The notes below the pieces were generated by a model, which saw nothing but the letters and a program-made list of their open reading frames with translations, was not told the origin of the DNA and made no database searches. Of a stretch of DNA of 64,000 nucleotides, positions 31,050 through 42,292 are shown in pieces (the stretch's first letter is position 1; the number at the start of each line of letters is the position of its first letter). This DNA comes from an uncultured Spirochaetota bacterium (lineage in GTDB: Bacteria; Spirochaetota; Brevinematia; Brevinematales; JAOACQ01). Location: positions 1,696,001 through 1,760,000 of the forward strand of contig CAWIGG010000002.1 in the NCBI GenBank assembly GCA_963835575.1, given 5' to 3'. The position numbers and the translations under genes are program-made.

Positions 31050-31781
31050 TTATTTTATCCCTCCGAACCTTCTCTGCCTTTTCTGGAATTCATTTATAGC
31101 CCGGCAAAAATCCCTTCCATTGAAATCCGGCCAGCATTTTTTTGTAAACCAGAACTCTGAATAACTGGATTGCCAGATTAAAAAATTGCTGATCCTGTAT
31201 TCGCCGCTGGTACGGATGATAAGATCAACGCCCGGCAATTCCGGCTGATAGAGGTATTTTTCAAAATCCGCTTCATGAATATTATTAAGGTCTACCTTAC
31301 CGCTTTTATAATCAAGCGCCAGTTTTTTCGCGGCATCCAGAATTTCTCTTTTACCGCCGTAATTGAACACAATATCCAGGACATAAGAACGGCAGTTCTT
31401 TGTCTTAATGACAGATCCTTCAAGAAGCTTTACCAGATTATTATCCAGGCCTTCTTTTATTCCCGTAATGATCAGGCGGATATCATTTTTAATGAGCGTC
31501 TCTGTATATTCCAAGACCAGATTTTTTGCCAGATCCATCAGGAAGGAAACTTCCGCTTTCGGCCTCTGCCAGTTTTCGGTCGAAAAGGCATAGACGGAAA
31601 TATATTTGATCCCTACTTTTTTATTAAATTCTATAATATTTTTTAATACTTTATATCCTTTAATATGGCCCTGGACCCTGGGCAGATTTCTTTTCTTTGC
31701 CCATCTCCCGTTGCCGTCCATAATGATGCCGACATGGGCCGGCAAAGCCTTTTCATCAATATCATAAGAATAAAGCCGCAT
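31050..31781 (-). CDS. uppS: Undecaprenyl diphosphate synthase
   Basis: HVGIIMDGNGRWA, FSTENW and RTSGEYRISNF motifs. Confidence 0.95.
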   Translation of the reverse strand: MRLYSYDIDEKALPAHVGIIMDGNGRWAKKRNLPRVQGHIKGYKVLKNIIEFNKKVGIKYISVYAFSTENWQRPKAEVSFLMDLAKNLVLEYTETLIKNDIRLIITGIKEGLDNNLVKLLEGSVIKTKNCRSYVLDIVFNYGGKREILDAAKKLALDYKSGKVDLNNIHEADFEKYLYQPELPGVDLIIRTSGEYRISNFLIWQSSYSEFWFTKKCWPDFNGRDFCRAINEFQKRQRRFGGIK

Positions 31782-31787
31782 ACTCCT

Positions 31788-32354
31788 TCAGACTTCCATA
31801 ATCTCTTTTTCTTTTTTACCTACCAGCTCATCAATATTCTTAATATGATTATCAGTCACTTTCTGGATCTCATCCAGTTCTTTTCTTTCGTCATCCTCGC
31901 TGATATGCCCATCCTTTGTCATTTTTTTCACATGTGCATTGATGTCCCTTCTTTCATTTCTGATCGCGACCTTGATCTCTTCAGCAACTTCCTTTATCTT
32001 CTTGACAAAATCCTTTTTGGTTTCCTCTGTTAAAGGCGGGATATTGACATGAATCACTTTGCCGTCGTTTGCGGCCGTAAAACCCATGTTAGAATCGGAA
32101 ATTCCCTTTTCAATACTTTTAAGAGCGCTTTTATCCCACGGATCTATTTTTATGGAATGCGGATCCGGAGTTGTTATTGAAGCGGCCTGCTTTAGAGGCG
32201 TCATATTTCCGTAATAATCAAAACGGATATCCTCGACCATCGCCACATTGGCCCTCCCTGTACGCATCTTCTTGAATTCGTCCTTTAAAAACTGGATCGT
32301 TTTGTCCATTCTTTCATTGGCTTCTCTTTTAACCTTGATGAATTCCTCAACCAT
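31788..32354 (-). CDS. frr: Ribosome recycling factor
   Basis: RTGRAN, DYYG, PPLTEE and RNERRD motifs. Confidence 0.96.
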   Translation of the reverse strand: MVEEFIKVKREANERMDKTIQFLKDEFKKMRTGRANVAMVEDIRFDYYGNMTPLKQAASITTPDPHSIKIDPWDKSALKSIEKGISDSNMGFTAANDGKVIHVNIPPLTEETKKDFVKKIKEVAEEIKVAIRNERRDINAHVKKMTKDGHISEDDERKELDEIQKVTDNHIKNIDELVGKKEKEIMEV

Positions 32355-32517
32355 ATTATATTCCTCCCTTTATATAACACATGCCGGATATTTTTATTAT
32401 TGAAAAATCAAATCACATTATTATAATCGCTCTTAATAAACATATCAAGGAATATTCTTGATCCCGCCATAATATTCCCGCATCGATTATTATTATTTAA
32501 AGATTTATTTATTTTCT

Positions 32518-34656
32518 TCAGGTGCTCAGACAGATCATGCAGACATCGTCATCAAAGTTGTCCGCGCCCCTGAATTGAACCAGCTGTTCATAAATCCCTT
32601 TAATAAACAAGCTGGAAGGCATGTCCTTTAATTCCAGCATAATATTGCTCATTACAGAGCTTTCAAAATCGGAGGCATATTTATTATCTTCCTTATTCAT
32701 GATATTTACAGCTTCAGTCAATCCGTCTGTATAAAATAAAATCTTGCTCCTCTTTTTTAAAGTAAAAGATTCATCTGTATAAAGTTTATGCTGCTGTTTT
32801 AATTCTTCATTATTTATTAATGCCAGCGGATAACCCTTTTTCATTGTCGGCAGGTATTCGATTTTATCATCATTGATCAGATAAGGCTGGTTATGCCCTG
32901 CATTTGAAAACAGAAGTTTATTGGTTTTAGAATCAAAAATACCGTAAAAAGCGGTCACAAAATTACCGCCGGTTTGATTATAGAGAATACTGTTCAGGTA
33001 TTTGAGCAAAATAGAAGGTTTTTCATTCTGACTGGCGATCTGCAGAATCGCGGTTTTTATCATAGATGTGATGAACGCCGCCGACACGCCATGACCGGAA
33101 ACATCGCTTAAAAAAATCCCCACATGATCGGGTTCGCGGAATACAATAAAATCAAAAAAGTCGCCGCCGATTTTATCCATTGGTTTATAAAAGCTCGCGA
33201 TGTTCGGGGCCGGGCTTTTTGACGGGATTAATTTCATCTGTATTTTACGCGCTAAAGCAAGATCTGCCTCAATTACCTCATTGCGGACATGAAGCTTATT
33301 ATATGTTTCCGTCAGTTCCTGGGTCCTTTCTTTTACTTTGGTTTCCAGATTTTCATTCAGCGTTTTAAGATTATTTGTCAGTGTTTCTATCCTGTTATAA
33401 GCCAGCGAAAATCTGGTCGACAGCAGAACAGATTGAGACAAAATCATGACAAAAAAACCGAAAGGCACTATTGTACCGGTATAAATAATCTGATTTGAAT
33501 AGAGTATATCATTGATGGTTGTAATAAAGAAAATTATAAATCCGGCAATCAGTATGGCCGATTCGCGGAATTTTGACTTAAAACCTATAATTAACTGATA
33601 GATGATAAAGCACCCGACGAAAATTGTGATCACTTCATAAGGAAGCAGAAAGCTGTCATAAAAAGGGTTTTTAAAAAACAATATAAAAAAGCTGAAAGCA
33701 AAAGCAATGTATTTTACAATTTTCGCGATTAATTTTGAAATGTTTGTCTGATAAATCTCATGGATAAAATATAAAAAAACCGGGACGGCAAAAACATAAG
33801 AAAGAAAAGACATCTTGACATGAAGCTCCCAGTCCAGCATCGGATAAATCATAATGATAATGCGGGAGCCGTCCAGAAATGTCCTGAGGGCGATTAAAAG
33901 CGTGAATATGCTGAAATACAGCGGCGATTTATCCGTTCGTCTGAGGAAAAAGAGGACCAGATGATAAAGCCCCATAATAAAAAGACTTCCTGAAAGAAAC
34001 AGCTCAAATCCTAATGTCCTGTCCCGGTCAGATTGGATCTGGCTCTGTCTGCCTATACGAACGCTGTCCCAGAACCCTCCTTTAAAATGGTTGAAGTTTG
34101 CTACCTGTAATATCAATTCGATATTCGACTGAATGGTATAGAAATAAACAACTTGAGGCAGATACTGGGCTCTATATAATTTACTATCGTCTGAAACATT
34201 TCCGTTGGAACAGGCCAATCTGCCGTTGATATAAAGTTTATAAGAAGTCGCTAAAGCGGGAATATTTAATCCGAAATAGGCATTGGTTTGTCCCGTATGA
34301 ATAATGAGCTTGTATGACGCATAACCTTTGCCGTCAAGCTTTTTGCCGTTAAAAATAAGACCATTCCAGATGGAGGGAACATTCAAGTATATAATTGGCT
34401 CATGATTTGTATTTGAAATAAAATCCTGAGGAGTTAAAAGCTTGTTCCAGTAAAATTCCCATTCCCCATCCAGTCTTACTGTTCCGCTCCGGTCAAAATC
34501 CCAGGCGGAAAGGTCCATAAAACCTTTTATTACCGATGGGGATTTATCTGAGTAAATTATATTATTACAGCTGGTTATTGAGAAGGCCGAATAAATTAAA
34601 AGAAAAAATAAAAAAAATGAAATGGAATGGGCAATTTTCCGAATTGTAAGCATCAA
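32518..34656 (-). CDS. 7TM-DISM sensor with SpoIIE/PP2C phosphatase output
   Basis: LDGEWEFYW extracellular domain, seven TM segments, coiled coil, GGDFF, DVSGHG, YTDG and DDD motifs. Confidence 0.88.
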   Translation of the reverse strand: MMLTIRKIAHSISFFLFFLLIYSAFSITSCNNIIYSDKSPSVIKGFMDLSAWDFDRSGTVRLDGEWEFYWNKLLTPQDFISNTNHEPIIYLNVPSIWNGLIFNGKKLDGKGYASYKLIIHTGQTNAYFGLNIPALATSYKLYINGRLACSNGNVSDDSKLYRAQYLPQVVYFYTIQSNIELILQVANFNHFKGGFWDSVRIGRQSQIQSDRDRTLGFELFLSGSLFIMGLYHLVLFFLRRTDKSPLYFSIFTLLIALRTFLDGSRIIIMIYPMLDWELHVKMSFLSYVFAVPVFLYFIHEIYQTNISKLIAKIVKYIAFAFSFFILFFKNPFYDSFLLPYEVITIFVGCFIIYQLIIGFKSKFRESAILIAGFIIFFITTINDILYSNQIIYTGTIVPFGFFVMILSQSVLLSTRFSLAYNRIETLTNNLKTLNENLETKVKERTQELTETYNKLHVRNEVIEADLALARKIQMKLIPSKSPAPNIASFYKPMDKIGGDFFDFIVFREPDHVGIFLSDVSGHGVSAAFITSMIKTAILQIASQNEKPSILLKYLNSILYNQTGGNFVTAFYGIFDSKTNKLLFSNAGHNQPYLINDDKIEYLPTMKKGYPLALINNEELKQQHKLYTDESFTLKKRSKILFYTDGLTEAVNIMNKEDNKYASDFESSVMSNIMLELKDMPSSLFIKGIYEQLVQFRGADNFDDDVCMICLST

Positions 34657-35120
34657 TGCTCCTCAATTATCAATTCCTGTATTTTCCCATTTCTAGTTTT
34701 CTATTAGAAACAACTATTATTGATTTTTCCTTCAACCTTTAATATTAAATATTCTCTATTCAAACAATTTAAATACGGTATAACATTATCTCTATTTATA
34801 TAGTTTCATTTTCAAATAAAACTATTCTTTTCATACTTGAATTATAAAATAGGGTTATTTTAATATCAAAGTTTTTTAATAAATTTTATTTTTAATCACT
34901 GAATAATATAAAACTAATTTTTAAAAATATGTAGAATTTTAATTTTTTATTTTGAGAATTTATCAAACAATTTTTCTTGAATTACGGTCATTACTAAATT
35001 CATTTTTTTTAGACATGGCTCTAATAAATCTTTCACTTTTTTTATTGCATTTTATTTTTGATGCCTTAAGATAATTCCAGACGGGATAATTCCCCGTCAA
35101 AAAAATCATGAGGAGAATGT

Positions 35121-36224
35121 ATGAAAGTAGCGCATATTAACCCGGGGGGAAGAGGAATAGCCAGTTATGCCCTCAATATGTACAATTATTTTACACCCAG
35201 GGGAGTTGAAACGCTCATTGTCAGTTCCCAGAAGTGGACTAAAGCTAAAATACCGGTTTATGAACCGAAATCCTGGTTTATCGGCGGCGTTCTACCCTGG
35301 CCTCTGCATCCTAAGGAAGTGGGAAAAAAATTAATAGAGTTTGCTCCGGACATTCTTCATCACCATCACCCTTGCGGAAGACTGGATTTCCATCTCGCTG
35401 AATATAAAAGGAAGTTGAATGTTCCCACGCTCGTGACGATCCATATATCGATCGACTCCAAGAAATATTTTATCGACCGGATCTTTAACACGTTTTTCCT
35501 TCTCTCCCGCAAAAATATGATGCATGCCGATTGCTATGTGGCCATCAGTAAGTTCATAAAAAAACAGATAGAAGAAATCGGCGGGCTGCCCAGGGAAAAA
35601 ATTGTTCTATTATACGCCGGAGTCGATCAATCAATTTACAAACCTATAAAAAGGGAAAAGAGCGACACATTGAAAATCTGCTTTATCGGCCAGATCATGC
35701 CCGAAAAAGGCGTCGATATTTTGACGAATGTCGCCCTGCGCCTGGCCGATGAAAGAAAGATCAAACTGACCATTGTCGGGAACGGGCATCTGGAGAATAT
35801 TCTCAGGAGACAGACGGCAAAAAAGCCGGAAATAGAATGGGCCGGATTTGTAGGCTCGCCCCAGAAAATCGCGGAATATTACGCGAAAGCCGATGTGGTC
35901 GTATTGCCCACCAGGTGGGAAGAGGCTTTTTCATATATTCCGATAGAAGCCATGTCCTGCGGAACGCCTGTCATCGCTTCACGGTGCGGCGGTAATACGG
36001 AAATTGTCTTTGAAGGAAAAACAGGTTATTTGTTCGATCCCGGAAACGGAAACCAGCTCTTCGACTTATTAAAAAAAGCGGACATCAATAAGCTGCATGA
36101 AATGGGCGAAACGGGCAGACAGCATGTAATTAAAAATCATACGCTGGACTCCTTCGGGAAGAAATATGAGTCTCTTTATCAAAACCTTTTGAAAGATCCC
36201 GGACATCTCAAGCAGATTGATTAG
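35121..36224 (+). CDS. Glycosyltransferase family 4
   Basis: IGQIMPEKG and EAFSYIPIEAMSCGTPVI (E-x7-E) motifs. Confidence 0.9.
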   Translation: MKVAHINPGGRGIASYALNMYNYFTPRGVETLIVSSQKWTKAKIPVYEPKSWFIGGVLPWPLHPKEVGKKLIEFAPDILHHHHPCGRLDFHLAEYKRKLNVPTLVTIHISIDSKKYFIDRIFNTFFLLSRKNMMHADCYVAISKFIKKQIEEIGGLPREKIVLLYAGVDQSIYKPIKREKSDTLKICFIGQIMPEKGVDILTNVALRLADERKIKLTIVGNGHLENILRRQTAKKPEIEWAGFVGSPQKIAEYYAKADVVVLPTRWEEAFSYIPIEAMSCGTPVIASRCGGNTEIVFEGKTGYLFDPGNGNQLFDLLKKADINKLHEMGETGRQHVIKNHTLDSFGKKYESLYQNLLKDPGHLKQID

Positions 36225-37304
36225 AAAGATATCGGATTTATAATGCAATAAAGCCTCTGCTGATTTTGGAAGGAGTTTCATAACGGCAGGGGTTTTTTAT
36301 GGAGCGGTTTTTTTCTTGTTTTTTTTATTTTTGTAAAGTGCCTGATCCGCTTTTATCATTAATTCCTCGACCGTTTCGCCGGTATTGAAATCAAAAATAG
36401 TTGTGCCGGTGCTTATGGACAGTTCATAGGATTTCGATGAAGCGGCATTATATTCCTTTATTTTCCAGTAAAGCCGTTCTTTTATTCTTTCAAAACAATC
36501 CGGGTTAACATCCATGGCGAAGACGACAAACTCATCCCCACCCATTCGCCCGACAATATCGGTTTCCCTGAAAATGCCCAGCAGAATATTGGAAGTTTCC
36601 CTGATGGCAATGTCCCCTTCATTATGCCCGTATGTGTCATTGATCTTTTTCAATCCGTCCAGATCGGCAAACATCAGTATGCCGTCCTTCCGCATTCTTC
36701 TGACCAGATTCAGGTTTTGTTCGGCAATCTGCAGGAAACCCCTCCTGTTATACAAACCCGTCATTTCATCTCTTTCAGAAAGGACCGTCAATTTCCGGTT
36801 GGATATTTCCAATTCCTTTAAAACTCTGACCAGCTTCTTTTCCGATTTTTTCCGTTCCGTAAACAGGAGAGAGCTCCTCAGTGCGCTGCCCACCTGATAG
36901 TTCAGAAATGCGTAGATGCTCTTGTCCTTCATACCCAGTTCAAACAAGACCGTCCCCAGCAGAAATTCCCGCGAAAAGAGCGCCGAGGCCACCAGTGTAT
37001 ACCGCTTCCCTTCCGGAAGCAGCCTGGGAGGGACCAGATATCTGGAGGAGAACCTCTTCTTGTTTCCAGATGTATTATTGACGCTGTTCTCAAGATCATA
37101 AGCCAGAAGCAGTCTTGAATAATCCGGCATGACCCAGGGTTCGTTCCTGAAATGGACCATTTCCTTCTCATAAACCGACAAATAAAACTTTTTAATATCA
37201 AGTTTCGGCAGATAGTTATTCAAAGTGGCCGTCAATTCTTCCAGATCAAGAGCGGCGGCCAGGGCCAGCTGAAAATCCCGGAATATAATGTTATTTAAAT
37301 ATAA

Positions 37305-38880
37305 CCTAAATTCCCAGAGTTCCGCGATTTCCGCTTGAAATCAGCCTTGCGCGGCACTGCTTGGCATCGGTTTATCATCCCAGTCTCGCGGCTGCTGCAA
37401 TTACAAGCCTTGGCGATGCCTGAATACTCGTAAATCCACAAATTCCGCTGCTCCGGGCGCAACACACCCTTGTGGCGGCCTTCACATCATCCGGTTGGGA
37501 ACTCGCTATATCTGCAGCTCACATAAGTGGCAGTAAAATTTCCGCCACCGGTCCTTATCCGCAAAATAACGGCTCAACACCAGTTTTACCTGATGGCCCT
37601 GTCTCACGATTTTCCCCGCAACCCGAATAAACCACGCCCGGAATGTTTCCGGTTCTTCCCGGTGACTTTTCCGGTCAACCAGATACCGCATCCAGATTCC
37701 AACGTTATACGCCAGCACGCTGCAGCTCCACAGAAAATCATTCACCCAGAAATCTTGCGTCAGAAGCATCCCGGCGAACATCTGCTGCTTCACGGCTTCG
37801 ATCCAGTTTTCACACGTACCCCGGTCACCGTAAAATTTATGGCCCTGCCAAGGTTTCAAACGCATATTCGTACAATAGCAAAAATAGTCATAAACCGCTT
37901 TCGGGAATACCAGCCCTTCCGTTTCTATCCGGATCAGCTTTCTGACAGCTATGAACCGCCTCGCATGTTTCCATCCATGCGCCCGGTACTCAAATTCCGC
38001 CTGTTCCCAGCCGCTTCGATCCGGAACCGCTGTCCAACCCCTGTTTTCCAGAAACGCCGCGAGGTTTTTCATTTTGGCTTTGACCAGAAAAAAAGCCCCT
38101 TTCATTTCTTCGATGACATCGAAAATCCTTCCGTCGAAAAATCCGCTGTCCATCCGGAACACAAGTTTTTTCCAGCCGGTATGGAGTATTCCGTAAATGT
38201 GCCGGATAAATTCAGGCGCGTTATTCGCTGTGTAAGCGTCGCCCGGCCTGAAATAGGAGAGAATACATTCCCTTGTGCTGTTCAGGAATGCCAGAAGCGG
38301 ATGATAGCTCTTCGCTCCCTTTTTATGCGGATTGTAGCCTGCCGCCGCTCCTTCCTGGCTTCCGTAAACCGTCTTGACGGTCGAATCGCAGTCCACGATT
38401 TTCGTTTTTACCCGGAACTTCGCGTGGACTTTGCGGGAAAGCTTTCCGTTCAACTCATTCATCGCGTAAGATTCTTTCATACCAACGTTTTCAATCCGCT
38501 TGATGATCGTAGAATCACTGATCGGCCCTTTCAAGCCCAGAGCTGCCCGGAACAATGGATCTTCAGTAAAATTCTCGACCTTCTTGATCCGGTTATACCC
38601 TGCCATCAGCGCGCACACGATTCCCGTAATAATTTGCTCGAACGAGAATTTCTGGTTACAATATTCCCGCGCTGGAATAAATTTTTTGAGCAACTGATTG
38701 AACCCAATCTTTTTCAAAAATACCAGCACGGGATAAATCCCGCTCACGCTGCTCAAATCCTGCGCCGTAAAACCAACTTTGATATTTTTCACCATTTGGG
38801 TGCTCCTTCTGTTGTTTTGTATCGCAATATATTATAACAGATTGGGGCCCCATTTGGTACTTTTACTTTGGGAATTTAGG
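37305..38880 (-). mobile_element. IS1380-family insertion sequence
   Basis: 16-bp TIR CCTAAATTCCCA(G/A)AGT; 5-bp target duplication TATAA. Confidence 0.92.
37506..38795 (-). CDS. IS1380-family transposase
   Basis: DCDSTVKTVYGSQEGA, YHPLLAF, RMDSGF and RGTCENWIE motifs. Confidence 0.92.
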   Translation of the reverse strand: MVKNIKVGFTAQDLSSVSGIYPVLVFLKKIGFNQLLKKFIPAREYCNQKFSFEQIITGIVCALMAGYNRIKKVENFTEDPLFRAALGLKGPISDSTIIKRIENVGMKESYAMNELNGKLSRKVHAKFRVKTKIVDCDSTVKTVYGSQEGAAAGYNPHKKGAKSYHPLLAFLNSTRECILSYFRPGDAYTANNAPEFIRHIYGILHTGWKKLVFRMDSGFFDGRIFDVIEEMKGAFFLVKAKMKNLAAFLENRGWTAVPDRSGWEQAEFEYRAHGWKHARRFIAVRKLIRIETEGLVFPKAVYDYFCYCTNMRLKPWQGHKFYGDRGTCENWIEAVKQQMFAGMLLTQDFWVNDFLWSCSVLAYNVGIWMRYLVDRKSHREEPETFRAWFIRVAGKIVRQGHQVKLVLSRYFADKDRWRKFYCHLCELQI

Positions 38881-40318
38881 TATAATTCTATTCTGCGGTT
38901 GGACTGCCGGCTTTCCATGACTCTCCGAAATCAAAATTCTGGCTTTATGGAACAATGGAGAAATGTACATGTCACCCTGAAAGAACGGACTTACCATATG
39001 TAGATTATCAATTATTATGGAAAGGATATCCTGCCAGATCCGGATATCATCTATAGAAGCGTTTTCATCATACAATATCCGGGTCAAATGCCTTAAAAAT
39101 TTGTCTGACACTTCCTCATTGACTATTCCGTCTTCAAATATATCGAAAATACCCTGGAGACCGGTCATAATACCGCGGCTTTCAATTTCCCTGGCATCCA
39201 ATAACTTTCCGACCTCAGCCAGGATATTATGTCTGCATTCTTCCCACAAAACAGCGGAAGAATTCTCCGGCTGTCCTGTGCTCAGGACATTAATTGTCTT
39301 AACCATTCCTATCGATTCGGAAAAACAGCCGCAGGACGACCGGATGATCAGCTTGGTCGGCAGGACGGTTTCCATGGGGACTTTCTTTCCTTCCAGCATA
39401 TCTATGGCTGCCATGCCTGCCAGCCTTGCCTGCTGGTAAAGCGGCTGATGCACCGTGGTCAGCGGAGGTGAACTGAAATGCGCCAACTCGATATCATCAA
39501 AACCGGTGACGGCAACATTATCGGGAATTTTAATCTTTCTTTCTTTTAATGCTTCCATGAGGCTGAGCGCCATATCATCATTGGCCGACACAATGGCCTC
39601 GACACGGCATTTTCTTTCATCGATGAGCTGTTTGACAGCCTCGCTCCCCGACGAGGGCAGAAAATTCCCCTGAACGATCAGCCGTTCGTCCGCTTCTATG
39701 CCGTTCTCCTTTAAAACTTCCAGGTATGCCTCATAGCGGGCCGCGGCTTCTGGATTCGCGGCCGGTCCCCTGATAAACGCGATGCGTCTGAAGCCATGGA
39801 CTTTAATCAAATGAGCAACAGCCTCCTTCATTCCGGATTTATTATCGATTATGATGCTCGGGATGTTATCCAGCCTGACATTGATGCTGACCAGTGGTAT
39901 GGGCAAAAGCCTTTTATAGAATTTATCGAAAACATCTCTTTCCACATAATTGCACAATGTCCCAGTCGTCATGATCAACGCATCGGCGTTGTAATGATTA
40001 ATGTATTCATAAATCATATTCTGCTGGTAATTATACCCGGTGGGAGAATTCAAGCCGCTGCCGTGAAATATGATCAGATTCGCGTCCCTTTCCCGTGCTA
40101 TATCGACAACCCCCGGCCACAGCAGACTGATATAATTATCTCCCAGATTGGTGATCTGGAAGGCAAGCGTTTTACGCCTTTTTCCTCTTTTCAATTTTCA
40201 ACCGCCCTCAAAATTTATTTTCAGTGATTTTTATATTATAGTATCAAATGAATTATTTAACAATGCCAATTTGGATTATGGCATTTCTTCAGAATCCAAT
40301 AGATTTCAGGATATGATA

Positions 40319-42240
40319 ATCGAGTAGGAGGCGGGTTCACACCCGCCGACCTCTCACACCACCGTACGTACGGTTCCGTATACGGCGGTTCCAAAATTTA
40401 ATTTCTGATAATTACAAATCGTATCCAGCATTGATACAAGACCCATACTATCAAAGTATTTCTTCGGAAAGACAAGATTCATATGTTTTGCCCCGGAATT
40501 CCACCACGAGCCTCTCTGGTTGAAAGCATTTGCCACTGCTTGCTCTTCTTTTAGCCCAGCTTCAATCAGCCGCTTTCTTCTTGTCCAGGGTCTTTTCCAT
40601 TGTTTCCATAGCGCACATCGTAGTTTCCTTCGAATCCATCCATATCGTCAGTAAAATCTTTTACATTCGCAATGATAAAATAATTTATCCATCCGCGAAT
40701 TTTTGGGTTTAATTCTTTCCTGATGAATTCTTTCAGATTTCGTCCCTGTACTTTCCTGAACACTTCTTTCAGATTCTTCTTGAGTTTTTCTTTCGATTCC
40801 ATTGCTACCCGAATCCTTGTTTTCTTCTCACTTGTAAATGAGTAACCGAGAAATTTTCTTTCCCACGGCCTTGCTGCGGCGCTTTTATCACGATTCACTT
40901 TCAGCTTCAACTTTTCCTCAACAAATCTGGATATCGAGTCCATCACTCTTTCTCCGGCTTTCCTGCTTTTAACGTATATATTGCAGTCATCAGCATACCG
41001 GCAAAAGCTATGTCCTCTTTGTTCTAATTCCTTGTCAAGGTCATCCAGTATAATATTCGCTAATAATGGAGACAGATTTCCACCTTGTGGTGTTCCCTTT
41101 TTCCTCGCCGTGATTTTATTATCCGTCATCATTCCGGCTTTGAGAAACGAGGCAATCAGTTTCAGGATTTTCTTATCCCTGACTTTTCGCTTTATCCTCG
41201 CTATTAGGATATCGTGGTCAACTTCATCGAAAAATTTCGCTAAATCCATATCTACAACCCATCGTTTCCCGGTCTCCTGATATTCTCTTGACTTCGCTAT
41301 GGCTTGTTGTGCCCTTTTTCCGGGACGAAAGCCATAACTCAATTCCGAAAATCCCGGTTCGAAGATTGGACTCAGCACCTGATAAAATGCTTGCTGTATC
41401 AGTCGATCCATTACCGTCGGGATTCCCAATTGACGAACCCCGCCATTCGTTTGCGGAATTTGCACTCCTTTTACCGCCTTCGGTTTGTATCTTCCTTCCA
41501 GCAATTTGACTTTGATTTCAGCCCACCGGTTATTAACGTCATCTTTCATTCTTTCGACCGTTACTCCGTCAATTCCCGCCGAGCCTTTGCTGCTTACCAC
41601 TCTGTGATAGGCTTCCAGCATGTTCTCGCGTTTGACCAGATGCTCGATTAGATTGTTTTCATCCGGTGTACTCCTTCTTTGCCTCTCTGTACGGATACAC
41701 GCACTTTGACTCTTCTTCGGGATTCCGTCCCTATTTTCTGTCAAAGCCAAATGGTCTTCATTCGCTTCTGCGCAAATTACCGTATCAGGATTCATAGCGG
41801 TACTCCTACATTTTGGTTCTGCCCTTCACTTCCGGTCAAGAAGCTACTATGGCTTCTGCCGACTTCTGAAAATCCCTCTCATCACCTTTCAATGACAATA
41901 GCTAATATGTAGCGGATTTCCAGATCTCCCCGGGTAATACGCTCGTTCCTTCCCGCTTATACCTGCCGCATTTACGCCTACGTTTTCCGTGTAAGTATCG
42001 GACTTTAACGATATTGGCCGTCTTATCCAACATAAACGCCTTATTTGCGGTTTCTGTTCGTCAGGCCAGCGTTTTGCCTCCGGCTTCCTTCAGATTCCGC
42101 CTCACGGCGGACACCCTTGCCGTCTGTCCCTCACCAGTTTGTCCGGCTGCCCGGAGAAGTTCACAAACTGGTGAGGGATTCCCCTTACCGGGTGCATAGA
42201 GGACTTTAACCTCCAAGAACGTGCGCCCTGCCGGGCGCAC
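40319..42240 (-). mobile_element. Group II intron, class IIC
   Basis: 5' GTGCG at 42240; domain V/VI GAACCGCCGTATACGGAACCGTACGTACGGTGGTGTGAGAGG...CTACTCGAT ends at 40319; inserted right after a terminator. Confidence 0.92.
40354..41795 (-). CDS. ltrA: Group II intron reverse transcriptase/maturase, frameshifted in domain X, no endonuclease domain
   Basis: RQLGIP, GTPQGG and RYADD motifs. The frame shifts near 40636-40643 and continues WIRRKLRCALWKQWK...GLVSM. Confidence 0.88.
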
Positions 42241-42270
42241 TAAAAAAAGGCGGCCTGATCAGCCGCCTTT
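42241..42270 (-). terminator. Rho-independent terminator (intron target)
   Basis: Minus strand reads AAAGGCGGC-tgatcag-GCCGCC-TTTTTTTA, immediately followed by the intron GTGCG. Confidence 0.85.
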
Positions 42271-42292
42271 ATATTTTTTATCGAAGTACAAT

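Larger units (their letters stand above)
36297..40194 (-). pseudogene. LacI-type sugar-binding domain + GGDEF diguanylate cyclase, split by IS1380
   Basis: N-terminal half has IDNKSG, NDDMA, GFDDI and PPLTTVHQP; C-terminal half has DEMTGLYNRRG and GGDEF. Removing the IS joins RIELYLNNIIFRDFQ; an extra frameshift lies near 38920-38926. Confidence 0.85.

Noticed and set aside
34657..35120. Very AT-rich 460-bp intergenic stretch as an origin or array
   Set aside because: No DnaA-box cluster or regular repeats seen; consistent with a divergent promoter region.
37527..38837. 436-aa plus-strand ORF
   Set aside because: Antisense shadow of the IS1380 transposase; no recognisable motifs.
40354..40536. 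60-aa ORF as a separate gene
   Set aside because: It is the frameshifted C-terminus of the intron maturase.
40566..41795. Reverse transcriptase as retron, DGR or defence RT
   Set aside because: It lies within clear group II intron 5' and domain V/VI sequences, and no template/variable repeat pair was seen.
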